Positions 49,739 through 62,370 of a DNA stretch of 64,000 nucleotides are shown piece after piece. A program made the position numbers and the translations under genes. Source of the DNA: Antedon mediterranea (taxonomy: Eukaryota > Animalia > Echinodermata); assembly GCF_964355755.1 (NCBI RefSeq), contig NC_092676.1, forward strand, positions 19,920,871 to 19,984,870, written 5' to 3'. Numbering within the stretch: position 1 is the first letter of the stretch; every line of letters begins with the position of its first letter. Under the pieces are notes generated by a model. That model saw nothing but the letters and a program-made list of their open reading frames with translations. It had not been told where the DNA came from and searched no databases.

Positions 49739-52700
49739 TAGTCCATGGGATTTAGACTTTTAACTCACACAAATTGCAAGAAAAGGTTTTTTTGATGAAA
49801 TGTGTTCTTTAGACCCTACTGAACACATTTATCAACGTTAGGACATTTTTCGACAACAGGAAGTAGCCTAATTTGCATAATTAAAAATGGCGGCCATTTT
49901 TAATAACGTACTCTGTATCTTGGAAACCGCTAGTCACAGATACTTAATTATGGTGTCAAAATCGTTAGAATATATGTTTTTATATTCACTTTAATGAAAA
50001 AGTTTGTCCAAAAATGAATGGAAGTGCTATTTCTAACATTATTGACCTTTGACCTTGATTTATCATATCTCAGCAACCACTAATCGGAGATATACAAATT
50101 AGGGCTTAAATTGTTCAGAAACTACACATTTATATCCAGTCTAATGGCATGTTTTTGCAAAAAATGGCGGATTCTAACATTATTGACCTTTGACCTTGAT
50201 TTATCATATCTTAGCAACCACTAATCTGAGAGACACACAATATGGCTCAAACTGTTTAGAAACTACATATTTATATTTAGTCTAATGGCATGTTTTTGCA
50301 AAAAATGGCCGATTCTAACATTACTGACCTTTGAACTTTGCACTACATAAAATCGCATAACTTTGAAAATATTGTACATATGAAATTATTTTTAGTGTCA
50401 AATTATTCAGAACATACATGTTTCTATAGAGTCCAATGACACATTATGTCCAATAATGACCTATTGTATGGTTATTAACATTTGAACTATATTTGAAAAG
50501 GATTTTTAAACCCGGAATCTTCTTCATGTAGGCATTCATTAGAACATGTGATTTGGCACTACTTGTTTAGAATATGGTGGTAATTTAAAGTGCATGTAAC
50601 CAGTTGATTTAAATTAAATTTAAAAACTGAAATATTCACTTTAAAAAAAAATATTAGACTATGTATACATACATTATAGGTTTGGATTATTAATAAATTT
50701 TTAATTAGGTCTTACATCTTACTCAGGAGAAAGTTGGTGTTGACACTATTAACAGAGCCAACAAAAATGTAGTTTTTTTTATGATATATTGTACATACTT
50801 TAAATAGGCCATGCCATTTTGCAGGTTTATTAACGTTTTTTCAAGTTAGTAATTTATTTTTTGATCAAATTAAATTGCCATTAAATGGCATATTCAAAAA
50901 ACAAATTTCTAAAGATTATTTAGTTTATATTTTGCTAAGGATAGCATCACTCTTGAGGGCATTCTTTTAGGTTGAAACATAGTCTTATTAAGAAGGCATT
51001 TTCTACTAATAGACGCATTGTTGACAACTGGAATTTTAAAAGATCGATATTAATGCAACATATTTAGTTTAGTTTAATTAATTGGCTATCGAGACTCATA
51101 ATTAGGCTGACCACCACTTGCAATATTTTCGCCGTATACAGTAAAAACCTCAGTTTCTTATGGAATTTATTTATTTATTTCAATAACCATATACAGTACG
51201 ACTACTAGTCGTGTATAGTTTTTAACCTTTTATAACTTGTTTTTGTACTTTTTTTATGTGAATGTATTGTGTATGTACCATGTTTCTATCTGGTTTAATT
51301 TTTACCATTTTTTAACCATCAATTTTAATGCTTTTAATATTATATAAATATATTGTAATTCAGCTTCAGCTGCGAAAACGATAAGAAATAAAATAAACAA
51401 ACGTGTAAACTTGTAGGCAGTTTATGGATGAATGCAATAGTTTATGCTTATAAATTTAATGTACCATGGCCTACTTTAAACAAAACATAATAAGTCAACA
51501 TTGCAACTCTTACATTTTAGAGTGCCAAATCACATGTTCTAATGGATGTCCACATGAAGAAGATTCCGGGTTTAAAGGCTTTTCAAATATAGTTCAAATG
51601 TTAATAACCATACAATAGGCCATTATTGGACATAATGTGTCATTGGACTCTATAGAAACATGTATGTTCTGAACAATTTGACACTAAAAATAATTTCATA
51701 TGTACAATATTTTCAAAGTTATGCGATTTTATGTAGTGCAAAGTTCAAAGGTCAATAATGTTAGAATCGGCCATTTTTTGCAAAAACATGCCATTAGACT
51801 AAATATAAATATGTAGTTTTTGAACAGTTTGAGCCATATTGTGTGTCTCTCAGATTAGTGGTTGCTAAGATATGATAAATCAAGGTCAAAGGTCAATAAT
51901 GTTAGAATCCGCCATTTTTTGCAAAAACATGCCATTAGACTGGATATAAATGTGTAGTTTCTGAACAATTTAAGCCCTAATTTGTATATCTCCGATTAGT
52001 GGTTGCTGAGATATGAGAATTCAAGGTCAAAGGTCAACTTATTCTCCAAACTCAATCTTCTCAAACTCTCGGACATTAACCTATCCCAGCAAGGTGTCTT
52101 TGTTTTTTTGGCCACTCACTCACTTCTCCCTTGCCATCTAAACGACCTTTTCGCTCCTAATAATACCGTTCATAAATATTATACTAGAACAAGAAATAAC
52201 ATATATATCCCTAACCATAACACCAATTATTTTCAACATAGCATTAGATATTCTGGACCTCTATTGTTTAACAATTTACCCCCCTCAATTTCCTGTGCTG
52301 CCAACCGCTATTCATTTAATAATAACATAAAAAATTACCTTTTGTCTCATTACTGATCGATATGATTGATATGGTCGTTTTTTCCATGTTCCGTGACTTG
52401 CTATCTTTATTATTCAATTGTCATCATATTCGCTATATGCCATGCAGCTGTACTTTTTTCTGTTCTTTTTTTATTTTTTATTCCAACTTTTATCTACTGG
52501 TTTTATATATATTTTGTATTTCTTTATTGTCTAATTAATTTATTTTCTTTATTTATATATTTTTTTTTTTTTTCTTCTCTTATTTAAATATTTTGTAAAG
52601 GCAATCCCGTCACAAGATTGTAATCTTTTTGGGATTTGCCTTCGTCCATTTTCTTGTTTTATCACTTGCCATTTTGTTTTTGTTACTTTTGTCTTTTGGA

Positions 52701-53055
52701 CGTGAATAAATGTTCCTTGAATTGAATTGAATTGAAGGTCAATAATGTTAGAAATAGCACTTCCATTCATTTTTGGACAAACTTTTTCAATAAAGTGAAT
52801 ATAAAAACATATATTTTAACGATTTTGACACCATAATTAAGTATCTGTGACTAGCGGTTTCCAAGATATAGAGTACGTTATTAAAAATGGCGGCCATTTT
52901 TAATTATGCAAATTAGGCTACTTCCCGTTGTCGAAAAATGTCCTAACGTTGATAAATGTGTTCAGTAGGGTCTAAAGAACACATTTCATCAAAAAAATCT
53001 TTTCTTGCAATTTGTGTGAGAAAAGGGTCATTTTTTAGCTAAATCCCATGGACTA
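49739..53055. mobile_element. Long-TIR (foldback) non-autonomous DNA transposon, Academ-like
   Basis: Ends TAGTCCATGGGATTTAG / CTAAATCCCATGGACTA; ATA duplicated on both sides; ~820-bp inverted arms (49739-50561 vs 51521-53055 minus LINE insert). The superfamily call is inferred from TAG termini, 3-bp TSD and long TIRs. Confidence 0.8.
52038..52734 (+). mobile_element. 5'-truncated L2/Crack-clade LINE (ORF2 C-terminus, 3' UTR, (TTGAA)n tail)
   Basis: LFSKLNLLKLSDI...VHKYYTR...SIRYSGPLLFNNLP...IKNYLL* is typical of the CR1/L2-group ORF2 end; AATAAA; TSD AAGGTCAA (52030-52037, 52735-52742). Confidence 0.85.
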
Positions 53056-53690
53056 ATATGCCTGTATGTGAAATCAGACATAGTAGAAAGGGATTAGACC
53101 AGAAGTGGGATTACACCCGAGGATATGGTATTAACGAAAATTCTAATTGGTTTGAGAAAACTTGAAAATTCATCAGAATCAGAATTGCTTTTGCAACAAC
53201 ATTATTCTGAATAACAGTCACAATTAAAGTCAGCGAACATACTGCACAAACTAAAATTAAATTGTTATTCATTCTTTATACGTGCACTATCGAAATCGTT
53301 CAACCATATCATACTCGTAATGAAATGACATCAGCAATATTGCTATGGTTACCAACATCATTATCATAGTACTAATCATTTTTTATCATCCTTGACAACT
53401 GCTTTATTCATTGTTTGAATTTTCAATTTGTATTTTGCTTACAGGAATATTAAATGTAAGACATAATGAATTCTTTCATATTCATAATAAATTAACATTA
53501 TTGTGAAAAGAAACTGTTCTCATAAATGTAGCACAAGTAAATGCAGCATAATTTGGATAAGATTAAAATGTCTTTATTATGTATACAACATTGAGGATAG
53601 ATTACTTAAAACAAACTTAAAACAATTGATTATTTTGTTTGTCTAAACATAATAATATACAGACAAAATACGCAAAACTATCCTTCCTAT

Positions 53691-54514
53691 GGCCCTGTTT
53701 CTGCTGCCAACTAAATACCGTATATTATACGGTATTTTTTGAATACTGTATATATACGGTATATTTTTGGCAGCAGAAACTGCGCTCATAAAAAATATAC
53801 CGTATTTTGTATACCGTATTTTCCCCACAAAATTTGTGGATAAAATACGGTATTTACAAATTTATACCGTATTTTTTGTACCCGTTTCTGCTGCCAATAA
53901 AAAATACCGTATTTTTTTTTTACATGACAAAAGGTCAACATTTGTGTTTTTATTTTCTGTCGCTGTCAGCTGCTTTACACACGTGTATAGATATATTCGG
54001 CGAAAATGTGGAGCGAAGACGTCACAGTTTTACTAAATAAATGTGTGTGGGGAAGCTAAAATGTCTGGCCAACTAAAAGGTAATAAAAGGGACAACCACA
54101 TTTATAAAGACATTTCTAAAAAAAATAAAGCAGGAGTATGGAATAGACTTGTCTCCAAAGCAAGTAAACTCAAAGCTGAAGAGCCTGCGAAAGCAGTACA
54201 ACATTGCAAAATACAATAACTCGGGGAGGGAACGAATTAATTGTCCCTATTACGATGTTTTCTGTACTCTCACAACATCTCTATCACAAGGGCTAGGCTG
54301 TTGAAAGTGAGACGTAAAACTTCCTTTATTGCGACTTTTAATTATCGATCAAATAAATGAATGGCAATTTGGGTAAAAAAGATGAAATTTAACACGACCA
54401 CCCAAGAAGTATTGTTAGCAGAAACGGGGTAATAAAAAATACGATATAAAAAATACCGTATTTTATACCGTATTTTTATACCGTATTTTGAGCAGTTGCA
54501 GCAGAAACAGGCCC
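53691..54514 (+). mobile_element. PIF/Harbinger deletion derivative with frameshifted Myb/SANT-like (trihelix) gene relic
   Basis: TIR GGCCCTGTTTCTGCTGC / GCAGCAGAAACAGGCCC; TAT/TAA flanks; ATACCGTAT sub-terminal repeats; relic MWSEDVTVLL..WG..QLKGNKRDNHIYKDIS..EYGIDLSPKQVNSKLKSLRKQY..NNSGRERINCPYY (about 54005-54265). Confidence 0.8.
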
Positions 54515-55608
54515 TAAGACGGAGAAAAATGGCAAGACGTCCTAGTTGTTTTGTTTTACTGCAAAACAAGAGGACTACTGATGATGGTGATATATAAACT
54601 TTATTTAGACATAAGACTGATGAACAGCACAACTCGTTCAATTGAACATTATTGTTTTTATACAAGTTCGTGATTTTACAAAAAAAATTAAACACCATAT
54701 AAATACGAAAAAGACAAAAATTTGAAAAGAAAATGACAGCAGAATCCCTTCCATCGGACACCCCCTATTTAGGGGGCACCATACTGGTACTTCCTGCGTA
54801 AACGGGAACCCCTATCCAAGTGTCTCTTTTATACGGATTCTACTGTTGTACATAATAAATGTTTGCTGTATATATTTATATACAGTAGAAACTCGTTTCA
54901 TTACTTTGCAAAGATAATTGAATTGGAATTTTGGGCCACCCCTGTTGATAAGACACCGATATTAAGGAGACACTTAACCGAGAAATGAAGGGCAGTATAA
55001 TGTTTTACCACTACAGGCAACCTTGTACTGTACCTACATTCAAATTTGTTTTTAAAATGGTTAAAATATATTAAAACTAATATTAAAATATATCAGAAAG
55101 CATAAAATGAGAATCGTAAATTAATAATAATTTTGTGAAAAATAAAAAAAACAAACAAAGCAAAACATATGAAAGTGAAAGATTAAAAAACGGTAAATTT
55201 TCTAAAAATAATTTTCAGTGCTGAATAGACAATTCAATTCTATTGAATGACTGTAAAGTCATTTAGTTTGAAATATTCACACATTCAAAAACACATTTAC
55301 ATTACAAATTGAGGAAAAACAAGATGACTTGACACAATAATATACCTGTAAATGTGCCATATTTAACACATTTGCGTTCCCTCATTACATAATGTAGTAT
55401 GCCCTTACATAGTACGTGATACTGGCAACTATCAAACTATAAGACTTTAGGCTTGCAATTAAAATGTTGGCTTATGGTATTTGTGTGTAAAACATATGTG
55501 CCAATATTTGGTAGAGAAAATGTTGTATTTTGTATTTTGCAGAGTATTGTCTACTGATCATGTACACTTATGTATCAAATGCTAGACATCTTCACAAAAT
55601 TACCATAA

Positions 55609-56924
55609 CTAGATGGTACGCTCGCTTCGCTCGCGTACCATCTAGGTCGTGCCCACAGATGGTTCTCGAATACACAGTAATTTCAGCGTAACAAAACTGG
55701 CGATTTCAAATGTACGTACCGCAGGACTATATACATTATCGTTTACAGAAACGAATAAATAGACACGATGATTTATGTAGTCAACTAAAATTAGCACCCT
55801 GGGAATTACTTCCCAAGGAGAAACTTATCACAAAATGAGTCCAAGTTTTTGATTTGGACTCATTTAAAGAAACCTAATTTGTGTTTTGTATGTAACATTA
55901 GAGTTCAGGGATGGGAAAGCGGATAGGTACAAAGAGGAACAATTTAAAAAAATATTCTTTATCCACTCAGTAACGAAATATTTTGTTCATGTTTTATAGG
56001 CCTATAAATAATATACCTCTAAATACAGTAAAACATTTGCAATTTAATACTTTTTTTATTTTATTTATTTATTTATTTATTTTAAATATTCATTGTACAC
56101 TAATTTTCCCCGTGTATGGCAAGAGATTCCTAATTATATTAGAGAACATTCTTTATTTAGTTTAGTTAAAACTGTCACTGTCATAATCGATTGAAATATT
56201 AAAGTACCATGTCACGATACACCACTACGACGTTTATATTTGGTAATTATTAATTAATACAAACGTTGAGAAAGAACTGTCAGTATAAAGTTTATTTGTA
56301 TATAATAATGTGTTTATATATCTAACAGTAGAGCCTATCCACAATCTCGCAAGTTTATTCTCAAAGGGCCCATATATTTACCTACCGTATGTGTTAAACC
56401 AAGGGCTCATAAATTTACCTACAGTACTTGTGTTAAACCAAACTCTGGCAGACTGAGAGATTGGGATGTTCCATTCATCGCAAATCAATAGATTTGTATA
56501 ATCGTATATTAAATCTATCAAAATAGTATTTTTTAAAGAAAATCGGCCTGTCTTCAACATTATGATGGTGTACTCTTGCTGTTCAACCGGTTTTCAGCTA
56601 TTAAAAACAATTATCGTAGGAGGAGATAGGAAAATGCGAAGCCTCCTCGCATTTTTGTGGCGGGTATTTTTCAAGATGGACATCCATTAGACAGTGTATA
56701 CCACGGTCGGAAAACACCCCTATTTGGGGCAAATCGTTGAACCTAAATTCGTTTTAATCGTCAATAACTAATTATCTAACTTAATTCAATTAGTAAACAG
56801 GGTTACATCAGGTGGTTAAAATCAGTACCGAAAGTACGAACCAACTTTATATACCATCGAGTAAAAATTCTAGAAGTAAGGCGCGATTTACCGAATTTTG
56901 CCCTTACGTAAATTTATATATAGA
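55609..56924 (-). mobile_element. Non-autonomous Helitron
   Basis: Minus strand starts A|TCTATATATAAATTTACG and ends with GC-rich hairpin ...GATGGTACGCGAGCGAAGCGAGCGTACCATCTAG|T, i.e. TC...CTAG inserted between A and T. Confidence 0.82.
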
Positions 56925-57537
56925 TACAAAAAAGATAGTCTGATTGCTCAAACACAAAACCTGAAGAAGTGATGTTTTTAGAGTTTGTATAAATTATACA
57001 TTTATAATAATGGTTGTATTACATTACTATTAGTGGTCGTGGGTTTTATTCATTAGAAAATTACTTTAACATAAAGCGGTAAAAAAAAAGAAGAGCAGTA
57101 GAGTGTTGGTCTTTGTTGGTATACAATAGGAGCTATAAAATAAGAATAACAAAAATGATCTTGGCAATACTACAGTTAAATCCCTAAACTAGACAGACTT
57201 ATTATTTAAATTAGACTATACAACCACCTATACATATCCTTTCACTTTTTCTATTTAGTCTATTTGTCTTTATTTATTTATTTATTTATTTATTTATAGT
57301 CTATTACAATTAAAAAAACAAATAACAATTTCATTTCACACATAAGAACTTTATATGTTGGAACATAATTATAAATGCAGTGTACATATGGTAATAACAA
57401 CAGATAATGATTGTTGACTGCTATCACCTACATATCCTTTCACTTTTTATCTATTTAAAACAAAGATTGTCTTCATTTATAGTCTATTACAATTCAACAA
57501 ACAAATAACAATTTCATTTCACACATAAGAACTTTCT

Positions 57538-58430
57538 CGCCCGTATTCTTAAACCGGACTTTAGTTGTAGTTTGAAGTTCGACTTGAAAAAGTTGTAGTT
57601 CGAGCTATTACTTCAAATTCGATTCAAAAACAAAGTAGTCGAAGTTTGCAGTTCGACTTAATGAAGTCAAGCTTTTAGTCGAGTTGCACACGTCTGGGTA
57701 ACAAAGGCTATACATTGGCCAATGACAAGAGAGTATTTGAGGAGCAGACGAAATTTTGCGCATTGATATCACTTTCCATTTTCTTGCAACACTTTTTACG
57801 CATCAGGACTATATACATGAAAAGTAATTTTAATCGTTAATTATTGGAACAAGATCAGTATCAATTTAACAGTGAAGTACTTTTGATTAACAACTAACAA
57901 AATATTCAAAATATATTCAGGAACCATGGCAGTACGGTAACTTTTATATTTTCTAGGCCCCCAACAAAGTATGATCGCGACGAACCACGCACTTCATCGC
58001 ATGACAAGAAAGCGCTAGGCCCCCTCAACATTCCATCGCGTGGTGAATTTCCGCATCTGCCATTGTCGCTATGGCGTGACGTAGCGCAAAGAAAATAATG
58101 TAATTTGTATACGGTTGTAAATAAAGATTATTTTCATTATTATAACTTATACCAATGTATACTTGATTAAGCTAATATAAAAATAGATATTTCATTTTTC
58201 AATATCTGGCCAATATAACAACTCAATGACTGTTACGTTTTTCATAAACATCGTTTAAAAACCATTTAGTTGACCATTTAAAAAAATTGATCAAAATTCG
58301 TCTCGATTTAGTCGAGGTTGGCCTGAATTAGTCGGCGATTTAGTTGAAGTTCGGTTTATGAATTAAAATGACGTCATTTTAAAAGTTTTAGCTCGAACTA
58401 CGACTAAAGTCCGGTTTAAGAATACGGGCG
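57538..58430. mobile_element. TIR element (Harbinger-like) inserted in a local ~190-bp tandem repeat
   Basis: Near-perfect TIR CGCCCGTATTCTTAAACCGGACTTTAGT; empty site visible in the neighbouring repeat unit. Confidence 0.85.
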
Positions 58431-59030
58431 TATATGTTGGAACATAATTATAAATTCAGAAAAGTGTACATATGGTAATAACAGGTAAAGATTGTTGACT
58501 ACAACAACATATCCTTTCACTTTTTCTATTTAAAACAATTCTTCATTTATGGTCTATTACTATTCAACAAACAAATAACAATTTCATTTCACTATAACCT
58601 GTATATGTTGAACACATGATACATAGAGAATGGTTTACATATGGCATGAGCTGCTTTAACCTTACTTAACAATAACAGGTAATGACCAGGCAATGACGTC
58701 AACACAGGTTGATTTAGACACCTGGTTAAACAGAAACAAGTGGTACGATATCATCAAAGCAAAGAGACCTCATCTGTACTTTTCAAACACCGTGAAGTCA
58801 TTTATGCTTCAACTACGGTAAAACCACTAAGCTCTTTTAAACGCGCTTGTTTAATTATGGTTTACAGGCGTTTTGTCAAGTATCGGAATATAGGAACGAT
58901 ATCCAATGTAATTAGTTTGTGTTGAAAACGTATCGGGTTTATGGCTAGACTAACTATACAATACAATGAGGTTAGGCTATGCAAACATGCTATAATTGAG
59001 AATAGTGTAAAAGGAAAAATATCATTATTA

Positions 59031-59268
59031 GGGACTATGTCAAAATTATTCTACTGCAGTAATTACATGTTTTACTGCAATATATCATTTTACTTTGTTT
59101 CATGTAGCAGTTAATGAGGCAGATATTACAATAAAACAGGGTGCATAATATTTTTTAAAAAATGCTATATCCAGGGAAGAGTCTACCTGTTATAACACTG
59201 CAGGTTAAAGGTTAAACCAAAATGTAATTACTGCAGTAACTGCAGGAAAATAATTTTGACATGGTCCT
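59031..59268. mobile_element. Harbinger-type MITE
   Basis: TIR GGGACTATGTCAAAATTATT / AATAATTTTGACATGGTCCT; TTA TSD. Confidence 0.75.
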
Positions 59269-59804
59269 TTACTATGCTAATATATTCACCTAGTTCCCCT
59301 TATTCCTACTCTCTAAGTTAAACTATGTATACAATATCATTTCGACATAGACTTGTTGAATATAGAATAGGTAGTGTGTTCATGCATGGCTGCGGTGTGC
59401 CTATTGCATTCTCAGTGGAAACAGGAGGTAACTTAATAGCAGATGGCTGTGTTTCTAGTATATAAATAATAATACACAAATAATATAAATCATCACAAGC
59501 TATGAAAAGCATATTAAAAGGTACTGGTACAGCATTTCGCACACATTATATTTCTTGTTTGATTTGAGTAAACAACTATGCAGACACCACCTGTTGCCAT
59601 TACAGTATAATATGTCCACAAACCTATTATGACAAAATAATGCTTTAAACTACAGTACCTACACCAATATAAGGACAAAAGTGATGACATTTTTGTACGA
59701 GATTATAAACATTGAAACAATCGTTTCCCTTGAATACAAAACCGCAAACAAGTAAATAGGTCCAGAAGAACCCATCTATAAACAATGACTGTTCTTTTAT
59801 TTAA

Positions 59805-60590
59805 AGATGTATTGTCCCCCTGAAAAAAATAATTCTTACAAAAATGTTTGTTGAATATTCCATTTTAATGTAATATAATAGTTATCCACTTTGACCAAAA
59901 ATTGGATTGAAAAGAAATGTATTTACCTGAAAAAAATGTAATTTCAAGCAAAAAATGGTCAAATTGGCTGCCAGCTCAATGGATTTTTGGTTGAATTAAA
60001 CCATTTATTTTGCCATATTATGAGTGAAAACATGATTTGTTTTCTGGTTTTTTTTCTAAGGAAGTTATTAACTTTATTAAAACTACAAAATAACATGTTC
60101 AAAGTCTGATTTAATTAATCTTAATTTTTCATGTTTTTGGGGGACAATACATCTTTAAAGCTATATTGTCCCCTGAAAAAAATAATCTTTCAAAATTATT
60201 TTTATTTTTAAATGTTATATGCCATTTTAATGTCACAAAATAGTTTTCCACTTTGACCAAAAATTGGACCAAAATTATTTACATGAAAAAACTGTAACAA
60301 AAATAGTCAAATTGCCTGGATAGTCAATGTGTTTTTTATTTTGTCTATAAGTGAAAACATTTTTTTTCTACGGAAGTGAACGTGATTAAAACTGCGAAAT
60401 GACCTATTCAAAGTCTGATTTAATTAATCTTCATTTTTCATCATCTTCACTGTAATTAAAGCAAAAAATAGTCAATGAGATTTAGTTGAATCCTGTTTAT
60501 TTTGTCTTGTTTGATTAAAACTGCAAAATGGCCTATTTAAAGTTGTTTTTATTAATCTTCATTTTTCATGTTTTTGTGGACAATACATCT
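59805..60590. mobile_element. Two head-to-tail TTAA MITEs (Kolobok-like) sharing one TTAA
   Basis: TTAA-[59805-60154]-TTAA-[60159-60590]-TTAA with AGATGTATTGTCC-type TIRs. Confidence 0.78.
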
Positions 60591-60930
60591 TTAAATCACA
60601 ATAAAATAAATGTACGATATAAAATAGATAATACAAAAATATATATAGATCTATATTATACTGTACTGTCATAAATTATGTGTTTATGTAATCTACATAA
60701 AAATTGTGAAACTTTACGATTTTTAAATAAATTATTCAGCATTTTGTAAATTAGATATTAAGCACAAATATTGAGGATATGCGCAAGTGACAGGATACAT
60801 TTACTCAATATCTTTTGAAATTACTTTGTCACCTATAACCTAATACATTTATTCCAGGTTGCTTGCATTTCTATACATACGGTACACTACTGTAGCTTTT
60901 TTATGAATTGGTATAGGCACATGAATTGTT

Positions 60931-61128
60931 TAAACCATAGGTCCAATGTACACAGTTATAACCTGTGTGGACTTTAAAGAACCCAGTTTATCATTTGAGA
61001 CAAGTAGTTACCCAGGTGAACTGGTTCACAAAATATCAGAGGATTACCACCTATCTGACAGGACAGTGATATTGGTATTCCTTTACTATATGTTGCTAAA
61101 GACATAAAATAAATAAATAAAAATAAAA
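60931..61128 (+). mobile_element. 5'-truncated Deu-core SINE, (TAAA)n tail variant
   Basis: AAACCATAGGTCCAATGTACAC..CTTTAAAGAACCCAG..TTTGAGACAAGTAG core with a third tail type. Confidence 0.55.
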
Positions 61129-62117
61129 CCAGTAAATATCATCTTTGATCAAGCTTAGCCTCAAAATATTTGTTGTTCATACAAGTTTAATATTATATTT
61201 TAAATTACTTAAAAAACTGGTGACAATAATATCATTGCATTGCATTTCCTTGCTCACTTATTGCAAATGAGCCGATTCTTGGTACTGTATCTAAATGTGC
61301 CCGGTATCATAGGCCCTTCCAGTTTAGCCTAGTGAGTTAACTGATATTCAGGGGCCCTCTTTAATAAATATAAAAATACATTGCAACAATTAAAAATAAC
61401 AAACGGTTTAACACTTAAACTGTCCATGAACATTGAATTTTCCTAGGCTCCAGTATGGTACTGGAAAACTATTTTCATAGTGGAGATACAGTTTACTGAG
61501 GTTCTGGTGCACATAAAATAGGTAGTGCGATCACTAATAACACACTCCTAAACTGCCCTTGAGGAGTGTGATTTACAACACGCCTTAATTTGGTAAACTT
61601 CTACGCACGAAAATACAAACAGCACACCTACAGCACCCCTGAATGTATTGAGGAGTGCAATTTGTAGCACACCTATAATATTCAAAAGACAACGCCTGGA
61701 AAGGGATGTGGAAAGGAATTAATAGCCACAACCTAAAATGTACTTAACCTCCCTTTAAAACTTTTGAATCCATTTTGGTAAAACTTTGCTTTATTAAACT
61801 GCAACACTTATCACACCCACTATCAGGGCTTAATCAACTCAAACTGGGGATGAAGTACTTTGCAACATATAAATTAAAGATTACTGATAACTGTATCTAA
61901 TGATAAACTACCCACCATTTTGAGGCAATCAACTGACGGTTTTAATGTTTGGAATATTATATAAATCTTCACTTTACTTAGTAGTGTGTGGGTGTCAATT
62001 AATAGACCCAGAAAGATATGATAAATAACTTGTTTCATTCTTTCATTGCCTAGAGCTAATTATTGTTGGGAAAAATTATATAAACAGAAGATCTGATTTA
62101 ATACTATAAAACATAGT

Positions 62118-62370
62118 TCATGGACTATACCATTTGTGGAGAGGGGTGTTCAATGAAAGTTCTACTTTTTTAGTTATATCTTGCTTTTGGAGGAGAAAGG
62201 CTATTGTCAGTTTATCCAGGTAAGCTAGGCACAAAATAGACAAAGCTTTCAAATAAAATCATGTGACGTTGTCTTTGAGTGTTATATCTTGATAAACCGA
62301 CAATCTTTCTCTTATTAAACAGTAGGTTAAAATATGAATAAAAATAATAATAATGGTATAGTCCATGAAT
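62118..62370. mobile_element. MITE with TTCATGGACTATACCA inverted ends; related relic near 41730-41840
   Basis: Inverted termini; internal sequence shared with 41730-41840. Confidence 0.55.

Noticed and set aside
59318-59542. Minus-strand ORF as an upstream PTP transmembrane exon
   Set aside because: No convincing phase-0 donor and no clear TM helix; cannot be supported.
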